Origin: an uncultured Spirochaetota bacterium
GTDB taxonomy: Bacteria > Spirochaetota > Spirochaetia > SZUA-6 > Fen-1364
NCBI GenBank assembly: GCA_963745235.1
Contig: CAVUXE010000035.1
Span: 224,001 to 288,000 of the forward strand
Reading direction: 5' to 3'
Length of the DNA stretch: 64,000 nucleotides
Shown in pieces: positions 20,035-28,783 of this stretch; position 1 is the stretch's first letter; each line of letters opens with the position of its first letter. The position numbers and the translations under genes are program-made. The notes beneath the pieces are model-generated. The model did not search any database. It was not told where the DNA came from and saw nothing but the letters and a program-made list of their open reading frames with translations.

Positions 20035-20427
20035 TCATGCGTTTCGCTCACCGTCGTACGTGCGGAAGACGCCTCTTTCTCTGCAGACGCTGCGGGCGCA
20101 GGCTATCAGTGACGGGATGCTGACCCCGACGGGGCAGTAGCAGCGCATGCACAGCACGCACCGGTCCCAGACCAGCTCATTGATCGCGCGATACTCCGCT
20201 TCGGACAACCTGCCTTTTTTCCGGTAGATCTTTCCGATCGAGTTGATGGCTTTGTACGAAGGGGTGTAGCCGGGGTCCCCGCCGCTTGACTGGAACTTGA
20301 AGCAGCTCTCAGCGCAAAGGGCGCAGTGCATGCACGCCTGGAGGGACAGCTGGATCATTTCCCTGTTCCTCGTGAGAACACGCGAGATGCGATGCGCCGT
20401 GATGGCGTCTTTCGTGGATTCGTTCAT
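20035..20427 (-). CDS. Small 4Fe-4S dicluster protein (HmcF/DsrK/HdrC N-terminal-like, no CCG domain)
   Basis: CMHCALCAESC...YTPSYK...CVLCMRCYCPVGV; ATGA-coupled to the upstream gene. Confidence 0.85.
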   Translation of the reverse strand: MNESTKDAITAHRISRVLTRNREMIQLSLQACMHCALCAESCFKFQSSGGDPGYTPSYKAINSIGKIYRKKGRLSEAEYRAINELVWDRCVLCMRCYCPVGVSIPSLIACARSVCRERGVFRTYDGERNA

Positions 20428-21392
20428 GCGCCCCTTCCCCAGGCCCTTCTGGCCGGCTTCCATGCATACTCCCCCGAGGCGGAGAACCGGGAGAAAAGGA
20501 GGAACGGCATGTGGCCCAGCTTCGTGAAAGGGATTGCCAGGAGGACCGCATCTCCCGCGACGATGTGTCCAATCATCAGCCATCGTGAAGAGGAGACATG
20601 GTGGTAGAGCATCAGGCCCGTCACGAACGGGGCAAGGACCAGCACCAGGATCAGGTAGTCATACAAGGTTGAAAGCACGCGCACCCGCGGGACGGCGAGG
20701 CGGCGCACAAGGAAGAAGCCGCCGAGGAGGACAAGGATAATGGTAAGCCAGTCGGCGAGCTGCGCGGGGATGGCAGGCAGCCGCGCATGAATGCTGTGGT
20801 ACAGGATCATGTTGTGCGCGGGAAGGAGCAGGGGAACGAGAAACAGGAGGACGTGAAAGATGAGGCTGACCGTCCTCATTGTCGGGTGGGACAGGCTTTT
20901 CGGCCCGGCGGGTCCCACGAACAGGATTGACCGCAGGGATCGCCGCGCGGGAGGAGAAGCGGCCACGGCGGGTCGTGGGGAAAGGGGCCCACGCGCGGGC
21001 CGCCGTCTGGTGAGCCGTATGAACTGCCGCAGCCTGTACAGGATTCCCAGCGCAGCCGCCAGGAGGCAAAAGCGGAGAGCAGGCCCCGCCGCGAAGTTGT
21101 AGAGCGTGCCCGAAAGCTCCCGCTGCGTCCTGGGCGCTCGCGAGGCAGAGCCGGTGGCAGCCGTGCCGGCGCCGGGTGCCTCATGCTCTGCCCGTGAGGC
21201 CGACGTGGTTGCATCCACGGTGGCGCGGGAAGCGGAGGTCGGTCCTTCCTTCGGCGCTTCCGCGGTTGTCCTGGATGCCGAGGTCGTTGCGTCAGCCTGT
21301 TCCGCCCAGGAGAGGGCAGGGGTGATGCAGATCACGATTGCAAGAGCCCCCGGCAGCCAGAGCCCGCTCCGGGGGATGCGTTTGACGGGCAT
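20424..21392 (-). CDS. HmcE/DsrM/NarI-like di-heme cytochrome b membrane protein with signal peptide and periplasmic TSAS repeats
   Basis: FHVLLFLVPLLLPAHN, RRLAVPRVRVLSTLYDY, GHIVAG...IPFTKLGH (four His). N-terminal signal peptide, then DATTSASR twice, GPTSASR and ATGSASR. Confidence 0.82.
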   Translation of the reverse strand: MPVKRIPRSGLWLPGALAIVICITPALSWAEQADATTSASRTTAEAPKEGPTSASRATVDATTSASRAEHEAPGAGTAATGSASRAPRTQRELSGTLYNFAAGPALRFCLLAAALGILYRLRQFIRLTRRRPARGPLSPRPAVAASPPARRSLRSILFVGPAGPKSLSHPTMRTVSLIFHVLLFLVPLLLPAHNMILYHSIHARLPAIPAQLADWLTIILVLLGGFFLVRRLAVPRVRVLSTLYDYLILVLVLAPFVTGLMLYHHVSSSRWLMIGHIVAGDAVLLAIPFTKLGHMPFLLFSRFSASGEYAWKPARRAWGRGA

Positions 21393-21399
21393 GCCTTGC

Positions 21400-22038
21400 C
21401 TACGCGCCGACGATGGCCTTGAGCTTCTCCGCCGCTGAGGCTGCATCTGCTGCATAGCCGTCAGCGCCGATCTCCCGGGCGTACTGGTCCGTGAGCGGCG
21501 CCCCGCCCACCAGGAACTGCACCTTGTCGCGAAGCCCTTCCTTCAGGAACCGGTCAATGACGTCTTTCATCCCCGTCATCGTCGTGGTGAGGAGGGCCGA
21601 CATCCCGATGGCTTTGGCGTCCGGGTTGTCCTTCAATCCCTGGAGAAACTTGTCCGCCGAGACATCGATCCCCAGGTCCACCACTTCCATTCCCGCTCCC
21701 TGCGCCATCATCTTCACGAGGTTCTTCCCGATGTCGTGCAGGTCTCCCTTCACCGTGCCGAGCAGCATCTTCCCGATTGGCTTTATGCCCGCTTTCACAA
21801 GCTCGGGGCGGAGGATCTCCATGCTCTGGTTCATGGCCCGGGCAGCGATGAGAACCTCGGGAATGTATACCTCATTTGCCTTGAACCGCCGGCCGATCTT
21901 CTCCATCCCGTCCAGGAGTCCCTGGTTCAGGATTTCCCCGGCGCTCTGCTTTGCCGCAAGAAGTGAGGATGTAAGCTCCTTCGCCGCGCTTGCGTTGCCC
22001 TTCTGGATTGCCTCAGAAAGCTCCTGATATGTCGCCAC
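21400..22038 (-). CDS. Corrinoid (cobalamin-binding) methyl-acceptor protein, MtaC/MttC-like
   Basis: YIPEVLIAARAM cap domain, GTVKGDLHDIGKNLV (DxHxxG), SALLTTT, VGGAP. Confidence 0.93.
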   Translation of the reverse strand: MATYQELSEAIQKGNASAAKELTSSLLAAKQSAGEILNQGLLDGMEKIGRRFKANEVYIPEVLIAARAMNQSMEILRPELVKAGIKPIGKMLLGTVKGDLHDIGKNLVKMMAQGAGMEVVDLGIDVSADKFLQGLKDNPDAKAIGMSALLTTTMTGMKDVIDRFLKEGLRDKVQFLVGGAPLTDQYAREIGADGYAADAASAAEKLKAIVGA

Positions 22039-22107
22039 CGTCCACCTCTCTTTCGGGCGTTGTTCGTGTCCGTGTGGCTTCATCATGCATCCGGAATCAC
22101 CGGGCGT

Positions 22108-22135
22108 ATTGTATGATTCGTGCCCGTTTTGTAAA
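22108..22135 (-). promoter_or_regulatory. Putative sigma70 promoter of the corrinoid-metVF operon
   Basis: Minus strand TTTACA-16nt-TACAAT. Confidence 0.5.
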
Positions 22136-22188
22136 ATTCTGCTATTCGCCGGGTGAGGGATTTCCAGCGAGGCTCCTCAGCGTGAAGG

Positions 22189-22926
22189 CTATGCCTTTCG
22201 AGCCTTTGACCGCAGCCTCTTCTTGGGTGTCGCTGCCCTCTTTCGCGCGGCGGGGCGTACCGGCTTCGGAGACGCCAGCTTTTTCAGCTTCTTCTCGAGT
22301 GAACCCGAATATTCCTCCAGATGCAGGAGGACATTGAACACGTCCTCGAGCGCCCGGTCGTAGAGCTCGCGGGCGCGAGCGGGATTGGCTCTTGTCAGCT
22401 CCTTGACGTCGTGGAAGGCGACAACAGTGTTGTCCTCCGCGGCAACGATGTCCGCTGGCCTGCTTTTCTGGTGAAAAATGGCTGCCGAGCCGGCCATGGA
22501 TCCCTGCCGGTACTTGAGGCCGGGGAGTCCCGCGTTCTGGGCGGACCCGCGTACTATTTCGCAGGCCACCGCGATGCCCTCTCCCTTGTCGAGGATAACG
22601 TCTCCACGATTGAAAGTGCGTGTGTCGCCCGCGGCCTCCGCGCCCTCCACGGGCTGAGTGAACACCGAGCCGGATGTCAGGCCTCCGAGGCGCTCGTAGG
22701 ATCCTGAGACCTTGAAGATCTCCGGGTTCGCAAGCTGGTGCTTTCTGCCGTGCAGTGCGTCGTGCTTTATGAATGCCATGTTTTTGGCTATTTTCAAGGC
22801 TTCCGAGTCCACGTCCGCCTCGGTGACGCCCATGAAATTTTCCTTGACGATAAACTCCGACGCAAAGGTGCACCCGGGTTCCCGGCACCTGATCTTGTAT
22901 ACAGCTTCCTTGAGCCTGAAGGACAT
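22189..22926 (-). CDS. Cyclic-nucleotide-binding (CAP_ED-like) domain protein with Cys/His N-terminal domain and basic tail
   Basis: FNRGDVILDKGE...IVRG...RPADIVA resembles a cNMP barrel; SD AGGAGG. Confidence 0.7.
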   Translation of the reverse strand: MSFRLKEAVYKIRCREPGCTFASEFIVKENFMGVTEADVDSEALKIAKNMAFIKHDALHGRKHQLANPEIFKVSGSYERLGGLTSGSVFTQPVEGAEAAGDTRTFNRGDVILDKGEGIAVACEIVRGSAQNAGLPGLKYRQGSMAGSAAIFHQKSRPADIVAAEDNTVVAFHDVKELTRANPARARELYDRALEDVFNVLLHLEEYSGSLEKKLKKLASPKPVRPAARKRAATPKKRLRSKARKA

Positions 22927-23041
22927 GGTTGGCCTCCTGTCGATGCGACACTCAGAATTTCATATGAATACCGCGCCATTTTCCATCACATTTGAGGAAA
23001 AAGCAACGGTGAGCCGGGCTGACAAAAGACGGGATGCGCCG

Positions 23042-23987
23042 TTATCGCGCGCGGATGGCGTAGGGAAGCTGCCCGTGTATGGTGCCGGCAGAAGGATCCG
23101 CGCTGAACCGCCACAGTCGCACGGCCTCCACCACAGCTGCGTCGACCTCGTTGTATCCGGACGACGCTTCCACGTTGACGTCCCTGAGGAGCCCATCCGG
23201 GGTGAGCGTGAAAGTGACCAGGACGGTGAGACTGAGACCCTCCTTGCTCACCCACTGCGGGATCTTTGGCTGCGGAGACGCGAGGAGCTTGCGGGCCTTC
23301 GCTGCGCCCGGCTGGTCCCACTGGAAGCGCAGGTCACCCGTGCCGCCTCCACCCTGGCCCGCGTTTCCGCCTCCCCCGCCACCGCCTCCGGAGGCGGCTT
23401 CCTCCTGGCCTCCGGATCCCTGTGCCCCTGCCGCAAGAGACTTGTCCAGGGAGCCCAGGTCCAGCGCGCCCTTCGCGGGAGCCTGCCCTCCGCCTTCCAC
23501 CAGCACCCCGCGCGCGGGCGCGCCCGTCGGGGCTCCTCCGCCGGTTGCGGCGGCGCCCCCTTCCTGCGAGGCTTTCACGCGCGGAAACACAGGCTCCTGC
23601 ACGGGCGATGTCGCCGGCTGAGCGCCGCCGGCCTGGAAGTTGCTCGGTCCGGCCGCTCGAAAAGCGGGCCCGCTGGGTTGGGTCGGCCCCGTGCTCGTGC
23701 TCTGGCGAGGCGTCGGAATCACGAAACCCTGGCTGCTGCCGCCTCGGGACTGCGTCGTGGCGGTTGCCGCAACCTGGGGTTGTCCGGGCAGGAAGAGCGG
23801 GGCCGCTCAGCGTGCCCGGCACGAGGTCCACGCTCACCGGCGCGAGGTTCGACGGGCTCTGCAGGCGGACAATCGCAAACAATACGAAAACAAGAATGTG
23901 CAGGAGCACGGCGACGAGGAACGCCGCAAGGAGGCGTCTGGAATCGCTGTGCTGAGGGTCCATCATCTGCTGTGCTGCGCTGCTCAT
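23042..23987 (-). CDS. TonB family energy transducer, frameshift at ~23790
   Basis: TM segment with His (AVLLHILVF), Pro/Gly-rich linker, TonB_C (VTFTLTPDG...SSGYNEVDAAVVEAVRLWRF). Confidence 0.85.
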
Positions 23988-23998
23988 CTTCAGCTCTC

Positions 23999-25646
23999 TT
24001 AGAAGCTCAATCTCAGGCTCGCCACCACGCGGAACCCGGGCTCCGCGTAGGGGTACAGGCTCGGCCCAAAGCGATCACCGCCCAGCAACGGCCACAACAG
24101 GTCATACAAGTCCAGACGGAGCTGGGCGGGCTCCGACACTCGCACGAATCCTCCAACGTCCAGCTCAGGGAGCTGGGCGGACGGAGGCAGCCCGGTGAGC
24201 ATTGTCACGGCGACCTGTCCCCCGTACGCTCCCGTGGTCTCCATGGCAATCGCCTCCGCCGTTATCTCGTCCACCGCAACGAAGGACGGCCTGTCCATGA
24301 GCTCTCGATTCCAGCTGCCGCTCAACGTGACGCCCGGAGTGATTGTCCACCGAACACCTGCGTCGCCGGTGAGCCGGTTGGCGGCCCGCTGGTCGACCAG
24401 GAAGAGACCCGTGGTGGATCCGGATCCGCCAGGCACGGGATAGAAACTGCCTCCCGCAAAGGCATCCGATGTCAGCATGTTGGTGCTGCTCATGAACGAG
24501 AGCCCGGCCCTCACGCTGAACGATTCAGCGAGGGCAAGCTGGACACTCGCATCTGAGAACCATCCGCTGTCATCCACGAGGTTCACAGGAATAAGGTACG
24601 GGTTGAGGGCAAGAATGTCACCTGCATCATAGGTGACCACCTTGTAGCCAAAGGAGGCATCGATGGTGAGGGCCGAAAAGGGCGCCCCGGTCACATGGAT
24701 CGAAAAAGGAAGCAAGCTGTTGCCCTGGGAGCTCAGGAACCATGCGATGGAGCCCTCCAGGAGGAGCGACCCGGGGAAATCCAGGGCCATCGAAAGTCCC
24801 GTGTTCAGCCGCTGAACCTGGTCGTCACTGCCGGTGTACAGGTGCGCCAGGCGGTAACTGTAGTCGCCGGATATCCCGGCGGTGAATATCCCGGAGTGCG
24901 CGCTCGCCGACAGGTGCGATGCCCCCTTGTACTCGCTTGCCTGGCCCGGACCCGCTACGCGTGCCGGCGAGCGTCAAAGAGTCGGTGAGCCCCGTGACGG
25001 ATCCGTCCACGGTCAGCCAGTCCAGGGGCTGCACGCTCAGTGTGGCGGTGCCGTCAAGGTTGCGGCCCAGCCGATAGAAGTAGTCGGTGCTCTGGTTCTG
25101 CAGTCCCATCTCTTTTTCAGCGTAGCTTCCCTGGAAGCCTCCGTTGAAAGGCCCGAGTCGGCCGGACACATTTCCCGCTATCGAGTCGGTCCGCGTGTCA
25201 AAGCCAGATCCCTGTGCCTGCCCCGAGATGCCATCCGCCGTATCGTGGGCAAACGAAAGGCTGGCCTGGGCGTTCTGGCCGGTCGTGGTCACGTTGAGGT
25301 CACCGACCACCCGGTTCTGCGATCCGATTCCAAGGGTTGCCTGCGTTGCCAGCGGGCGGGGAGGGCTGGCAGGTCCTCCCAGGGGATCGGCGCCTTCCAC
25401 TGCCAGGCTTCGGACCGGCGGCTCCACGGCCAGCTCCGGCGCTGGCGGCAGAAGGACGTCCGTTTTCACGATGACCGGGGCCTCGGCTGGCGGCAGCATG
25501 GACTGGACGTTTTCCACGCTCAGGTCCTTGATGTCGAGGGTCACCTCCGGCAGGACAAGCTCGGGGGCCGAGGGCTGGTCCGCCGCCGCGGCGAAAGCGG
25601 GGAGGAGGACCATCATGACGAAGGAGAATCCGCTCAGTCTGCTCAT
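23999..25646 (-). CDS. Outer-membrane beta-barrel protein (~550 aa), frameshift at ~24960
   Basis: Signal peptide, LVLPEVTL near the N-terminus, alternating amphipathic strands, C-terminal beta-signal GFRVVASLRLSF. One continuous ORF after removing one base. Confidence 0.7.
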
Positions 25647-28553
25647 TTCCCCGCCTCCAGCAGCTTCCTGGCCTTGACCGTCCACGCCGACGAGGGGAAG
25701 CTGTCTGTCATCTTCTTCACCAGCGCCTGCACCTGATCCGGCCGCTCCCCAAGCTTCATCATTTCGGCAGCCCGGTAAAGGGCGGATGCCGAAAAATCCT
25801 GATCCCCTGCTCCCGTGGCAGCGGCCGCTACAAACCTCTTTGCCGCTTCCATCAGGTCACTCCTGCGATAGAAGTATTCACCTTCGAGGTACTGGGCGTT
25901 TGCCGCCATGGCCCCGCTTGCCTGCGCGGCAACCTGCTGGAGCATCTGATACCCCTCTTCGACTTTCTTGTCTCCGCTGTAGATGTACAGCCGTGCGAGG
26001 TCGACAGTTGCCTGCAGGCGGGCATCGCCGCTGGAATGCGCGATGCGCGTCTTGAGGTCAGCCTCCGTGGCGTCAAGGCCTTGGACCTGGTAGCGCAGCT
26101 TTTCCGCCGCGATGTCCGCCTTCGCGAGGCGGGCCTCGTTCGGGTAGTCGGAAATGAACCGGGTGTAGAGATCCAGGGCATGCTTGAGGTCATTGGCGGC
26201 CGCGTAGACCTCGGCAGCCTTCCGCAGCGAGGCGGCACGGAAGGGGCTCGTTCGATACGTGTTGGCAAGCTGCTCCCAGAGGAGCGCAGCGTCGAACTTC
26301 GCTCCGGTGTTGCTGGCCGCTTCGCCGCCCCAGTACAGGGCGGCATCATGCAACCGCCCGTTCGGGTACTTGCGCCGGTAATCCGTGAACGCGGTTGCCG
26401 CGGCCGCGTAGTCGTGCTGGTTGAACATCGTTTCCGCCAGTCGATACGTCGCTTCTTCCGCAAGGGGGCTTGCGGGGAACTGACTCACCAGGTCCCGGTA
26501 AGCACTCACAGCGCCTGAGGGTGACCCGGAAAGCGCCTGGACGCCCGCGTAGTCGAAGAGGGCGCTGTCCGCAAAGGAAGATCGCGGAGAGGAGTTGATG
26601 ATTCCCTGCAGGGCGTTGGAGGCTTCCGTGAGCCTTTTTGCATTCATCAGGCTCTTTGCGTAAAGGTAGAAATCCTTGTCCGCCGAGCTCTTGTCCCCTT
26701 CCGCCTGGGCAGCCCGGGAGAAATAGTCCGCTGCCTTGTCGAAGTCCCCGAGGTTGTAATGGCTCCACCCCGCCAGGAAGAGGATCTTCGGGGTGAGGGC
26801 ATGGAGCGGATATGCCGCGGCCAGGCCGTCAGCGGTTGCCGCGCTGTTTTTGAAATCTGCCGTTTTCGAATATGACCACGCCAGGTAGTACCCCAGGTAC
26901 GGCACGATCATTCCGAGCCCGTTCGCCTGGGCCGAGTTCGTGTCAATTTTTCCGAGAGTCTGGACGGCGCCGGCGTAATCCTTCACGGCTACCTGGCTGA
27001 GCCCGAGCAGATACGAGGCAAGGATGCCGTTCCGCGGGCTCCTGGACGCCGCGGGAGCAATGGCCGCCGGGGCTCCCTGCTGAACCGCCTGGTACTGCTT
27101 TGCCAGGAACTGCATCTCCAGAAGGTCCACGGTGGCGTCCACGTCCTGGGGATCAAGCCGGGCGTACTCCTGCAGCGCGCCGGCAGCCCCGGCGAAGTCC
27201 CCCTTCTTCCTGTCGATCTCCGCCTGCAGGCGAAGGAAATCCGGCCGGGTGCTCCCCGCCGTCGGGAGATACCTGGAGACCAGGGCCGCGCTCTGATCCA
27301 GCTTGCCTTCCTGAAGCTGCACATCGGCAAGAAGCGCCGCAGCGCGCGAGGTGTCGGGAGATTTCGGATGCTCACTCAGGAAACGCTGAAGGATGCTTTC
27401 TGCGAGCACAAGCTTACCGGAGTCACGCGCAAGGGCCGCCAATGCAAGCACCGCCGCCTCCGAGGCGGATCCTGGCTGGGTTATGTAATCCTGCAGGAGG
27501 GCCTTTGCCCCGGCGCTGTCCTTTCGGTCCTGCATGATCCTGGCGAGGTAGATCGGCACCGTGCTGTCAACCTTGTAGGAGGCGCGAAGGGCCCAGGCCC
27601 TCCGGAGGTAGAGGGACGCCGCGTCAAGGTTTCCCTTCTTGTAGTATTCGACGCCGATCCCGGCCCAGATGTCCATCATGACTTGCGGCGTCCCGGGCAA
27701 AGTGGCTTTCCATTTCCTGCCCGAGTGATTCCATCCGGGGCAGGTCCGTCTTCGACTCCGCCGCCGCGAACAGCCGGCGGTAGGCGGCCACCGATATGTC
27801 TGGTCGTGCGTTCCGCAGGTCCATGTAGATGGCAAGAGCGTCCGCCTGGCGGTTGTTCTCCCAAAGGCCCTCCGCCCGGTTCCAGAGAAACTCCTGGCTC
27901 AGATCTGCCGGAAGAGACGCAAGGTCAGCGCTTGCGGCGAGCTGCTCCAGGGCGTCCCAGGACTTCTCCTTTGCGAGCAGGGAGGACAGCAGGACGAGAG
28001 CCGGCCCCGCGGCTTCGGACCGCGGATAGGCTTTCAGGAGCTGGCGTGCGGCATCCTCCGCTTCGGGCAGTTTCTGCAACGCCTCCAGGTCCAGGGACTT
28101 GCAGAGAAGCGCCCGGGGGACCAGCTCTGGATCCTTGCCCGTGGTCAGGTATTCATTGAGGGAAACCAGGCTCGGTGTGTACCGGGAGAGCCGGTAAAGC
28201 GACAACCCCTGCCACAAGGGGACTGCGTCGAGGTAGCGCGTCCAGCGATAGCGCAGGGAAATCTCAGTCAACAGGTCTGTTGCCGCCTGGTAGTTGCCCA
28301 GCTGATAGAGGCATACCGCGCGGCGGTACTGCACGTCGGCCAGGAGGTCAGAGGAAGGATACTGTTGAAGGAACTCGTCGTACTGGACGAGTGCCGCCGT
28401 GTAGCTCTTGTTGAGAAAGCGGCTTTCTGCTTCGGTGAACAGCTCGCTGTCGGCCGGAATTGCCCACAGGGATGCTGGTCCCAGGAAAAGCACGAGAATT
28501 GCCGCGTACCGCAGACGCCCGGCAGCAGCCCTGGTCCGCACGTTGTTTTCCAT
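25643..28553 (-). CDS. Large periplasmic TPR protein (~970 aa, CpoB/BamD-like repeats), frameshift at ~27696
   Basis: Signal peptide and repeated F/Y-P-x-S TPR motifs (QYPSSDL, YPRSEA, HPKSPD, FPASPL, YPNGRL, FPSSAW). Confidence 0.88.
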
Positions 28554-28734
28554 ACTCCTGAAGGTATCACAGGCGTGCAAGCGCTCAAGTCATCCATGAA
28601 AGGAAAACGGGGTCGAATTTCCATGACAGTCCCTTCCTGGTGTCGTTGAGATTCGACATGCGAATCATCTTTCGCATTACTGACCGGAGTTGCCCGCAAT
28701 CCGTAGAGTTTGACACACGTGGCGTGGTGCGGCG

Positions 28735-28763
28735 TTGAAAATGCCATGACATCGCTATACAGT
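28735..28763 (+). promoter_or_regulatory. Putative sigma70 promoter in the divergent intergenic region
   Basis: TTGAAA-17nt-TACAGT, then SD GGGAGG and ATG 28784. Confidence 0.45.
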
Positions 28764-28783
28764 ATTGCCGTCGGGAGGGCCCC

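Noticed and set aside
22040-22140. Cobalamin, SAM or THF riboswitch upstream of the corrinoid-metVF operon
   Set aside because: The leader is only ~60 nt after the predicted promoter and shows no B12-box or S-box consensus.
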